Positions 20,958 to 30,500 of a DNA stretch of 64,000 nucleotides are shown here, one piece after another; the first letter of the stretch is position 1, and every line of letters begins with the position of its first letter. Made by a program: the position numbers and the translations under genes. Origin of the DNA: Spirochaetia bacterium (lineage in GTDB: Bacteria > Spirochaetota > Spirochaetia > WTKD01 > G963693115); the NCBI GenBank assembly GCA_965226055.1, contig CBDDCA010000005.1:288001-352000 (forward strand), read 5' to 3'. The notes beneath the pieces are model-generated. The model had not been told where the DNA came from and ran no database searches. It saw only the letters and a list, made by a program, of their open reading frames with translations.

Positions 20958-22498
20958 CTATGGGCTGCTTTTAGCTTTGTCTATTATTGCTTTCATCTCT
21001 TTTGCTACTACTGTATCAAGAGGGAGCAGTGCTTTGTAGCATTCCTCTGCTTTTTTGAGTTTATTATCTATTAGTGTCTTCATAAGCCGAGCGTTCATAG
21101 ACTTAGGGTTGATTTTCAGTGCCTTGTCATAGTCTTTGTTCGCTCCAGTCATATTCCTTGTTTTACTTTCAAAAGCCCTCTATTATTATAGACACTTGAG
21201 TTATTAGGATCTAGTTCTATTGCTTTTTTATAATCCTCTATCGCTCCAGCTATATCTTTTTGATTCATTTTCGCATTCCCTCTATTATTATAGGCTGCTA
21301 CATACTCAGGATCTATTTCCAATGCCTTATCATAGTCTTCTATCGCTCCACTATAATTACCTTGTTCTGCTTTCGCAAGCCCTCTATTATTATAGGCTGC
21401 TACATACTTAGGATCTATTTCCAATGCCTTATCATAGTCTTCTATCGCTCCACTATAATTACCTTGTTCTGCTTTCGCAAGCCCTCTATTATTATAGGCT
21501 GCTACATACTTAGGATCTATTTCCAATGCCTTATCATAGTCTTCTATCGCTCCACTATAATTACCTTGTTCTTTTTTCGCATTCCCTCTATGATTATAGG
21601 CATCTGTATACTCAGGATTTATTTCCAATGCCTTATCATAATCTTCTATCGCTCCACTATAATGTATTTCTGCCCGTTCCTCTATTCCTTTATCCAATTT
21701 CTCATCTCCTTTACGAAGCCACAAAACTGCTGTTTCATTATTTTTTTCATTTTCAACAAAGCCTATAAGATCATTGTATATTGTACGAGCTGTAATATTC
21801 AAATAATTATCCAGATACCTAAGCAATATCCTCTTTTTTTCACTAGGAATTGGAATTATCTTTTCCTCCAATTTTTCTATAGGAATATACCCCTTTTTAG
21901 AGTATACAAATACACTCCTCTGTACTTTTACTCTCACCTCACTACTGCTCGTTATAGGAGGTTCTATTAGCCCCAATTCTGGCAATTTATGTGTACTATC
22001 ATACTCTACTAATTGAGATATGCTCTCTACTCCCTGCTTTTCTAACAATAACAGCTCTCCATCTTTATCTAATTCACCATTGCATGCAAAAAACAATGCA
22101 ATATACATATCTTTTGAAAAATCTATCAGGTTTGTCTTACCTCCAAAATGCTGTATGTCAGTAAGCATAGGCAGAGTGTCAGTATGAGAAGGAAATAAAT
22201 ATTTCGCTCTTTTTATCACTTCCTCTTCTGCCTTGATAATAGAGTCAGGTCTATCATCAAATACTCCGTTTCGCTTATTTTTATATTTAGTACCTTGAAG
22301 GTAGACAATACTATGATACAAACCAGAATGAATAGTGTCATGTATTTTATACTCATATACATATCCTTTACCAGTTTTACTATACACCCTATTTGTCCCT
22401 CTAAATATATACTTTCCTGTGCTATATTTGTCTTGAATTTCAGATACAAATGCTATAGCATCTTTTAGAGTAAATTCTTTCTCTTGTTTCTTACTCAT
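20958..22498 (-). pseudogene. FRG-domain plus TPR-repeat protein (copy 2), split by a 1-bp frameshift near 21155
   Basis: ORF 21149..22498 ends QGI*. The paralogue reads CAA GGA GAT ATG ACT where this copy has CAA GGA AT ATG ACT. ORF 20958..21152 matches the C-terminus of copy 1. Confidence 0.8.
21278..21660 (-). repeat. Near-identical 102-bp TPR tandem repeats
   Basis: ccctcta units start at 21278, 21380, 21482 and 21584. Confidence 0.93.
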
Positions 22499-22605
22499 AG
22501 TTTCCTCTGCTTACATGATAGCATAGCATTACAGTTCTCTACAGTAGAGCTTGTATGAGAAACAGCACAAAGCATGTACGTAGATACTACACTAGAGTAG
22601 TAATG

Positions 22606-24390
22606 CTAGTGAAGAAAATGCCGTGTATGAGTGAACAGCATGCTTATACCGTGTTCGTTACAGGCATCTATAGAGTCTTGGTCGCGTATTGAGCCTCCTG
22701 GCTGTATGATGGCACTTACTTTATAGGTAGCGGCAAGATCTATGCTATCTCTCATAGGAAAGAATGCATCAGAGGCAAGCACTAATCCTTTGCGTACTTT
22801 TCCTTGCTTATTGAGCGAGTGGAGCAATGCTATGTTCGTTGCTTCAAGGCGATTCATCTGGCCTGCTCCTATGCTGACAGTGGATACACATGTCGACTGT
22901 TTTTGTGCTAGCACAATGGCATTTGATTTTACATGCTTTACGGCTGCCCATGCAAACAGAAGTGCTTGTAATTGCTCATAACTAGGGTTTTTTTGCGTAA
23001 CGCATTGGAGTGATTGACTAAAAGAAATAGCATTTTGTAGTGTATCTACTTGCTGTGCTAACAGAGCAGTTCCAAAAGAGATATACTCTACTGGAGCATT
23101 CACTATTTTGCGTAAGGATATTTTTAAGAGACGAATGTTCTTTTTTTTCTGTAATATCTGTAATGCTTCTGTGGTAAATTTTGGAGCAATGATAATTTCT
23201 AAAAATAGCTTTGATAACTTGAGCGCAAGAGAGCTGTCTACAGTGCCACTGAGTACCACAATGCCTCCAAAAATAGACACAGGGTCTGCTTCATACACAG
23301 CATCCCATGCCTGTTCGGTGCTTTCTGCTTTTGCTACAGCACAAGGGTTGCCGTGTTTTACTCCTACTGCTACAAAATACTCTTCTTGCAAATCTTGCTG
23401 TTTTTGTTTTCCTTGTATCAAATGAGCAATTTTGTCTTGCGTCGGCATCTTTTCTACAACAGTGAACTGTGTTTTCATTATTGCGAGGGCGGACTGTGCA
23501 TCTCTTACATTGTTATACGATAGCTGCTTGCCATGTAATTGCTTTGTTGCATAAAGCATGATTTGTGATGAAGACTGTATCGGTACATATAGGGCTGCTT
23601 TCTGATGAGGATTTTCTCCATACCGAAGATCACTGTGCTTTGTATAATGCAAAGAAAGTATATCGGGAAATGTTTGTGTGTTTTTTATTTCCTTTCTTAT
23701 TTTCTTTTTTCCTTTATCAAGAATAGCTTGTTTCTGAAAATATGCGTTAATATGTGCATCGTACCGTGTTGTATAACCAAATACTTTGTTCGCTTGTAAT
23801 AGCCTATAATACTCGTATTCCTTTGCTATAGCAGTGCTGTCTTTTGATTGTATTTGTACTTGTGTTTTTGATTTTGATTGTGTTTGTGTTTTTGATTGTG
23901 TTTGTGCTTTTTCTATCTCTTCAAGATACCTAAGTGCTTGAGCATAATCGTTGGGATCGCAGAGAGCTAGCACATCCTTATAGTTTTTAGCTGCAGCACG
24001 AAGCAGGGATACTCCTCCTATGTCTATATGCTCAAGGGCTATGTCTAGCGAAGTATTTTTTTTCGAAACAACAGAAGCAAAAGGATAGAGATTTACTACT
24101 ACAATATCAATGAACGCAGAGCCTATGGTCTGTACATCTGCACTATCGTTAGGATTATCCCGTCGCGATAAAATACCAGCAAAAATAGCAGGATGCAATG
24201 TTTTTACTCTTCCGTCCATTATTTCAGAGAAACCAGTAAATGATTCTACTGTTGTAATATCAATGCCACAATCTTGCAAATATGTTCCTGTCCCTCCAGT
24301 GCTTATAATAGTATACCCACATGCTATAAGACCTGAGGCGAGAGTTTTGATGTTTTTTTTATCATTAACACTAAGTAGTGCTGTTTTCAT
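22606..24390 (-). CDS. purH: Bifunctional AICAR transformylase/IMP cyclohydrolase
   Basis: GRVKTLHP, IDIGG, LRYGENPHQ, KHGNPC, SDAFFP and RHFLH motifs; low-complexity inserts. Confidence 0.96.
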   Translation of the reverse strand: MKTALLSVNDKKNIKTLASGLIACGYTIISTGGTGTYLQDCGIDITTVESFTGFSEIMDGRVKTLHPAIFAGILSRRDNPNDSADVQTIGSAFIDIVVVNLYPFASVVSKKNTSLDIALEHIDIGGVSLLRAAAKNYKDVLALCDPNDYAQALRYLEEIEKAQTQSKTQTQSKSKTQVQIQSKDSTAIAKEYEYYRLLQANKVFGYTTRYDAHINAYFQKQAILDKGKKKIRKEIKNTQTFPDILSLHYTKHSDLRYGENPHQKAALYVPIQSSSQIMLYATKQLHGKQLSYNNVRDAQSALAIMKTQFTVVEKMPTQDKIAHLIQGKQKQQDLQEEYFVAVGVKHGNPCAVAKAESTEQAWDAVYEADPVSIFGGIVVLSGTVDSSLALKLSKLFLEIIIAPKFTTEALQILQKKKNIRLLKISLRKIVNAPVEYISFGTALLAQQVDTLQNAISFSQSLQCVTQKNPSYEQLQALLFAWAAVKHVKSNAIVLAQKQSTCVSTVSIGAGQMNRLEATNIALLHSLNKQGKVRKGLVLASDAFFPMRDSIDLAATYKVSAIIQPGGSIRDQDSIDACNEHGISMLFTHTRHFLH

Positions 24391-24408
24391 AATTCAATAT
24401 ATATTTGC

Positions 24409-25413
24409 TTATTCATTTCCATGACTCAGTACAGGCGGAACTGTTGACAACACATCGCTTATACGACTCATTACCTCATCACTGAGCATTTTTACTGTAT
24501 CAAGGGCTGCAATATTTTGAGACAACTGCTCTACTTTAGAAGCTCCTAAAATAACAGTAGTTACTTTTGGGTTTTTTACACACCATGCAATAGCAAGCTG
24601 AGAGAGAGGTATGCCCAACTCATCTGCAATTTCTGCTAACTTTCGTACTACAGGAATACGGCTTTCCCCATACTTGTCTAAAACAAGACTGCGTAACCAT
24701 TCGTATCCCGGTAAATTTAAGCGAGAATCTTCAGGCACTCCATTATTGTATTTTCCTGTCAACAAGCCCGAAGCAAGCGGTGACCATATGGTAGTGCCTA
24801 ACCCTGTATACTCATACAAAGATGCATATTCCTGTTCAACACGCTGTCTATGTAACATATTGTATTGTGGTTGTTCAAACAAAGGAGGAATAGCGCCATT
24901 TTTGATTGCTATATCATAGGCTTCTTGTATCTGTTCAGCACTCCATTCAGAAGTACCCCAATACAGTACCTTACCCTGTCTAATGAGATTTGTCATCGTT
25001 TCAACTACCACAGCTATTGGCACATTAGGATCAGCACGGTGGCAAAAATATAAATCTAAATACTCTACCTGTAAACGCTTTAGTGCAGCATGGCATGCCT
25101 CAACAAGATGTTTTCTATGTAAGCCTTGCTGTGTAGGCACAGGATCTTGTGTTCTTCCAAAAAAGACTTTGCTTGATACTATATAGGTATCTCTCTCCCA
25201 TGCTAATTCTTTCAGTACTTGTCCCATAATAATTTCTGCATCACCAAAATTATACACTTCGGCATTATCAAAGAAATTTACCCCTTTGTCATATGCATAC
25301 TGCAAACAGTCTTTTGCAATACGAGTATCAACCTGTGTACCAAAGGTTACCCATGCACCAAATGATAAAACACTTACTGGTAGACCAGTATGTCCAAGTA
25401 ATCTATATTCCAT
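24409..25413 (-). CDS. Aldo/keto reductase (Kv-beta-like subfamily)
   Basis: FDNAEVY, DLYFCHR, YWGTSEW and WSPLASGLLTGKY motifs. Confidence 0.92.
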   Translation of the reverse strand: MEYRLLGHTGLPVSVLSFGAWVTFGTQVDTRIAKDCLQYAYDKGVNFFDNAEVYNFGDAEIIMGQVLKELAWERDTYIVSSKVFFGRTQDPVPTQQGLHRKHLVEACHAALKRLQVEYLDLYFCHRADPNVPIAVVVETMTNLIRQGKVLYWGTSEWSAEQIQEAYDIAIKNGAIPPLFEQPQYNMLHRQRVEQEYASLYEYTGLGTTIWSPLASGLLTGKYNNGVPEDSRLNLPGYEWLRSLVLDKYGESRIPVVRKLAEIADELGIPLSQLAIAWCVKNPKVTTVILGASKVEQLSQNIAALDTVKMLSDEVMSRISDVLSTVPPVLSHGNE

Positions 25414-25441
25414 AGTATAAGTATAGCATAATTATAATATA

Positions 25442-26773
25442 TTACCAACTAAATAACTCATAATGTATATGATTTTTTGAAATTCCTAATGATCGTAACT
25501 CAGAGATAACAAACTGTGTAGTAGGCTTTGAAGCACAAATATAATAATGTCGCTCTTTATAGTACTCTTGTTGTGTGATAGTATCTTTGCTAAATGTTTT
25601 GCCTAATGTACGCGAAAAAGATTGCACTTTATCTGTCACCGATTTTGCTAAATCAATAATACTACGATAGAAATTATCCTCAGGACTTCTATGGTATAAC
25701 CAGTTAAAATCAACATTAGCAATAGTCTTACTTGTTTGTTGTTTTTCATGTTGCATATACTTCATCATGCTGATAAATGGCGTAATTCCTATACCACCAG
25801 CAATAAAGGTAACATTTCCTTTTGGTGCTTTTTTTGCGTTTTTTTGTAAGTGTTCAATAGTAAAATGCCCAAATGGCCCATCAAGCACCAGACGATTTCC
25901 TGTCTCTAATTGAGAACGTAGCTTCTCGGTAAAGTCTCCTTCATTTTGTATGGTAATACTGATAGTGGCATCACTATTTGTCGATGAAAACGAAAATGGA
26001 TGTTCTTCTCCTTTTAAGTTTCCATCAATAAAAGTAAAAAATCCAAACTGCCCTTCTGTGTATGTAAAGGGCTTTCCTGAATTTTGAGTAAACTGTAGTG
26101 TAACAATCTCATCGTTTTCGATTGTTACATCTTCTAAAGTAAAGGTATGTTTGCGCAGTAGTATTGGCTTTATAAACTTATGGTGTATGTATGAACCAAA
26201 GGTAAGCAGAAAATACAGCATCATGATAGTAGCAGTATATATGCTATCCTTAAACATAGTGGTACGCATAACATGTATTGCTACTAATACCGCAGCTACT
26301 GCATTAAGATTGTGTAATCTGCGATAGAATGTGTAGTCAATACGCTTATCTAATATTGCTTTGAGTGTTCGTATACCAGGCAAACGAGCAACAGGAGTGT
26401 CTATCCAGAAACATATTGTGACAATAAACAAAAACGCAAAGATAAGCGCTGCTAAAAATCCAGAAAGTGCCGTAGGTGACCCTAATCCATGAGATGCCCC
26501 ATGAACAATAATAAGCAACAATATGCCAAAGGTACTACTCCCATGCACTTTCATGAGAGTGGCATATCCAACAGAACGCTCTATCAATTTCATACGCGAA
26601 GCTGTTATAAATTGATTCATAAACCAGTAGAACAAAAATACCCCAGGTATAATTGAACGAATGATATCTGGAACAATCTCTGCAGGATAAAAATTGATAA
26701 TTGAAACATAATGTATACCTATAGTGATAATAGGTAATACGATATATATAAACACAAGAAACATAGATATCAA
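25442..26773 (-). CDS. Ferric-reductase-like transmembrane oxidoreductase with FAD/NAD-binding domain
   Basis: Six TM segments with paired His; EHPFSFSS, DGPFG, AGGIGITPF and C-terminal ELFSW. Confidence 0.85.
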   Translation of the reverse strand: MISMFLVFIYIVLPIITIGIHYVSIINFYPAEIVPDIIRSIIPGVFLFYWFMNQFITASRMKLIERSVGYATLMKVHGSSTFGILLLIIVHGASHGLGSPTALSGFLAALIFAFLFIVTICFWIDTPVARLPGIRTLKAILDKRIDYTFYRRLHNLNAVAAVLVAIHVMRTTMFKDSIYTATIMMLYFLLTFGSYIHHKFIKPILLRKHTFTLEDVTIENDEIVTLQFTQNSGKPFTYTEGQFGFFTFIDGNLKGEEHPFSFSSTNSDATISITIQNEGDFTEKLRSQLETGNRLVLDGPFGHFTIEHLQKNAKKAPKGNVTFIAGGIGITPFISMMKYMQHEKQQTSKTIANVDFNWLYHRSPEDNFYRSIIDLAKSVTDKVQSFSRTLGKTFSKDTITQQEYYKERHYYICASKPTTQFVISELRSLGISKNHIHYELFSW

Positions 26774-26855
26774 CTCCTCTTTTCTTAAATCAAAAAGTTC
26801 AAAAAAAATAAAATGTCATACAGGAAAGTATTGTTCTATAACAATACGCTCTTCT

Positions 26856-27365
26856 TTATAATTGTACAAGAATATCCATAATAGCGGGCGTTACTGTATT
26901 TATAAGCAATGCGGCAGCAGGCTCCTCATACGAAGCAGAACTCATAATATCAATGCCTTGAGGAGGAGATGTTAATGTACTCTTGTTATTAGGAAGATAT
27001 GCCGCAACAATGAGTCGTTCATTATCTTTGTGTTTTTGTACAAAATCAATAATCTCAGGCTCTAATGTATCTGTAGTACCAGTACTGTGTACAACAACTA
27101 CATGATAGTCGGTAAAAACACTATCGTCCACTGTATCATATGTTATAAATTTTTGATCAATATTTATATCATAATTATTAATTTTTACTCCTAGTACAAT
27201 ATCCTTAAATATAAATTTCTGTATATTCTTTGCCTTACTGTTCAATACATGGGCTACTGTATAGGTTTCCCCTGTCTTTTCTTCTTCTGCTGCTCCTCTT
27301 GCATATGCAAATGGTAACATAAGTAAACATACTATACTACTACATAACAAAACTTTCTTTTTCAT
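26856..27365 (-). CDS. Exported hypothetical protein
   Basis: MKKK plus hydrophobic signal ending AYA; GGAGG SD. Confidence 0.7.
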   Translation of the reverse strand: MKKKVLLCSSIVCLLMLPFAYARGAAEEEKTGETYTVAHVLNSKAKNIQKFIFKDIVLGVKINNYDINIDQKFITYDTVDDSVFTDYHVVVVHSTGTTDTLEPEIIDFVQKHKDNERLIVAAYLPNNKSTLTSPPQGIDIMSSASYEEPAAALLINTVTPAIMDILVQL

Positions 27366-27464
27366 GATACCTCCAAAATTTTTTTCTCTTTATTTTATTA
27401 TAGAGCATTATTATTTTTATGGCACGAGTTCAAGTACAAGTTCATGATGAAAATATCTTCATTT

Positions 27465-27516
27465 TTTGATCCCTACTGAAACCTTTACTGTCGCAATTAG
27501 TCCTTGAATCTGCACT
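27465..27516. repeat. 52-bp direct repeat, left copy
   Basis: tttgatccctactgaaacctttactgtcgcaattagtccttgaatctgcact; three mismatches against 32496..32547. Confidence 0.93.
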
Positions 27517-27551
27517 ATAGCAAGAAAGGAGTACTTCCTTTCTTGCTATAG
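27515..27551 (-). terminator. Terminator-like hairpin 3' of DUF285 lipoprotein A
   Basis: 16-bp perfect stem ctatagcaagaaagga/tcctttcttgctatag; a homologous hairpin lies at 54425..54456. Confidence 0.75.
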
Positions 27552-27568
27552 ATATTTCTACATATATG

Positions 27569-30500
27569 CTATGATGTACATGCTGAACTACCAGCAACCT
27601 TTGGGTACTGTGCTGTTTTGCCATTCATAGCTGAATTCAAGAATTCTACACTTCTTATAGAAGATACTTTACACATTTTCCATGATGATAAATCTTGATC
27701 AAATACAGAAGCACCAAGAAATATAGAATTTATAACAGTAACTTTATTTACATTCCAGTTTCCTATGTCTTGATTAAAAGCACTTGCAAAAGAAAATATA
27801 CCGCCCATATTAGTAACCGCACTCACATTCCAGTTTCCTATGTCTTGATTAAAAATACTTGCTTGACTAAACATAGTGCTCATAGTAGTAACACTACTTA
27901 CATCCCAGTTTCCTATGTCTTGATTAAAAGCAGCAACTCTGAAAAACACAGCATTCATATTCATTACACTACTCGTATTCCACTGTGTTATGTCCCCATT
28001 AAAAGTACTATCTCCCGCAAATAAATCACTCATATCAGTAATAGCACTGGTGTCTATCATATTGAGGTTGGGACTAGGGTTACTACTCTTCCCTCCTGTA
28101 GCTTGTCTTGTCTTTTCTTCACTGATAATAGTTTGCAGTGCTGATTTTGTTGTTGGTCTATAATAGGCCTCTGCTTTTCCTGATGGTGCTGTTCTTATAT
28201 CTGTCCGTATAACAATAGTGGCTGGTACTTTTTTCTTTGAAGCGGTTATTGTACACTGTGCTACATCATAGCTATACTCAGTAATGGCAGTATCTCGTAT
28301 ATTGGACTTATTTGCTATGCCTGTTATGGTAACTGTTTTGCTACTCTGTTCAAACGATACTGTAAGGCCTGTTTCTTGTTTGATTTTCTTTGCATCTGCC
28401 TCTAGTATGTTTGCATCACAGGTAAAGGCATTGCCACTGGGTGTGCTTGCTAGTACTCTTGTAGTATTTGATGCGAGTGCTGTACCTACTTCTGCTGATA
28501 CTATACTAGTGTTTCCTATAGATATTGCACTTACTTCAAACTCGTGGCGTTCTCCTGTTGATGCTTTTGTGTCATCAGTGCTGTTTACTGCTTGCACTAC
28601 TATTTCGTAGGTCGTTCCGTTTGTCAAGTTTGTCAGGGTAGTGTTTGTTGTTCCTGCTGCTATATTTTTTGTTGCTGTATTAGCATTTGCTTTTATCTGT
28701 GCTACGCTTCTCGTTGTATCGCCACTTTTGGCAATGCTATATACCTTATACGATACCTGTGCTGCTGTTAGGGCATCGCCTGTATTTGTTTTGTGACTTG
28801 CACTGAGGCTGGGGGCTGTCCACGATACTCTCATGCCTGTCTGGGCTACTCTTGTTTGTATAGTTGATACTTCTGCGGGGGCAGTCGCTTGCGACGCGGT
28901 TGTTACGCTTGCTACTGTTGAAGATGCTACTTTTTTGCTTGGATCTGTTTTTACTGCTACTTCTAACACAAAGTAATACTTTGTCGCTCCTTTTACTGCT
29001 ACTACTGGTGCTGTATCTGAAGACAAGCCTAAACTGGCAAGGGCTGGTACTGTGTACACTCCACTACTTGCACTGCCTATGTTTATCTTTCTGCCTGCAA
29101 GTACTTCTGCTACTGTAGGGTCAGTGTCTTTCTGTAAGCCGTACACTGTGTACACTAGCTGATTACTTGCTGTTATGTTTGTGCCATCGTAGTCTTTTGC
29201 TCCTGTAAATGTGCTTAGCTCGGTAAGTACCAGCTTTATTGTGCCTGTAGTATTTGTTGACTGTGATACTACCAGCTTTCCTGTCAGTAATGACTGATTT
29301 GGTGCTACTGCTTTGGAAGTATAGATTTCCTTTATTTCTGTTACATCGGTGTAAAAGCCTGCAGGAAAGAGCTTTTCGCTATTTGTTGCATCGTAATTGG
29401 GTGATGTTGTGTTGACTATCCTTACCCCTATGTAGTAATCCTTTGCTGTTTCTATGGGCGTTACTCCTGCATTGCTTCCACTGGTGCTGTCTACTATTGC
29501 TATGGATATTGTGTCTTGAGTTGTTCCTGTTGCTTTTGTGTATTTTGCTACCTTTACACTGCTTTTCTCTATCGCCCACAGAGCTGATACGCTGGCAGGC
29601 TTTCCTGTGGTATCTTCTTTCTTGAGATATAGCACATAGTACGCAAGGTCTGTCGCTTCAAGGGCATTGCCATTTGCCTTGCTCACTCCTGCTATTGCTG
29701 AGGCATTTACTTGTACTGTTATGACTTTTTTCCTTCTATTGCTTCCTGTTGTAGGCACTGCAAATACCACTGCATTACTGTTAGTGTAGGTGGTGCTTTT
29801 TGGGGTATTTGGTGGTGCAGTAAGGGTTGCTTTCTTTATTGTTGCTGATGTTCCTATGCTATACGAGGGATTGAGGCTGTTTATTGCTTCTACTCCTGCG
29901 GTATAGTCTGCTCCTTTCGTTCCTATAAATCTTACTTGTAAGGTACTGTCTCCTGCTATATTCTGTGTTTGTACTCCTGCAAGGCCTTTTATTGCCTCTA
30001 GTGTTTTTGTGCTGTGGTCTCCCTCTGCTATGTATACTTTGTACTGTATTTGTGCCTGTGTGAGTTTGCTTCCACTGGGTGCTTTGTTAGTATCAGTAAT
30101 GTCTCCTGCACTAAATGCATAGACTGCTGTTGCTGTTACTTGTGTTACTGACTCTACGGAGAGCTTTGCATCTTTTGCAGCGGGCGGTGCTGTCGAGGTA
30201 CTATCGTATACTGCCACAGTATCGGAAAGAGTAGTTACAGGGCTTACTATGTTATTTGCTATTGTCAAAAAGGTAAAGCGATAATTCTTGGCATTTGCTT
30301 GTACTTTAGGCACTTCTAAGCCATCTGCTATCCCAAAAGTAATGGCTGTTACACTTTCTGTTATGCTTTTTTCTGCTACCAGTGTAGCTCCATCGTACAT
30401 ACGCAGAGTGTAGTAGCTTCCTATGCCTGGAGCTTGCTTAAAGGTTGCTTTTATCTGTATTGCTCCTGTTATGTCTAAGCTAGGTTTGTTTTGAAAGAGA

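Noticed and set aside
21260-21970. 236-aa repetitive + strand ORF
   Set aside because: Antisense frame of the 102-bp TPR array; its length comes from repeating one stop-free unit.
27419-27520. Selenocysteine or TGA read-through micro-ORF across the direct repeat (ATG...TGA...TAG)
   Set aside because: No convincing SECIS-like hairpin, the sequence before the TGA differs between copies, and TGA is an ordinary stop in apt.
27442-27624. 60-aa minus-strand ORF spanning the end of lipoprotein A
   Set aside because: It overlaps gene A out of frame and runs through its terminator hairpin; no SD or recognisable motif.
27750-27935. CRISPR-like pattern: identical ~25-bp repeats (ccagtttcctatgtcttgattaaaa) with ~50-bp variable spacers
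   Set aside because: The period is exactly 75 bp, in frame inside the DUF285 coding region, the spacers are mutually homologous, and there are no cas genes.
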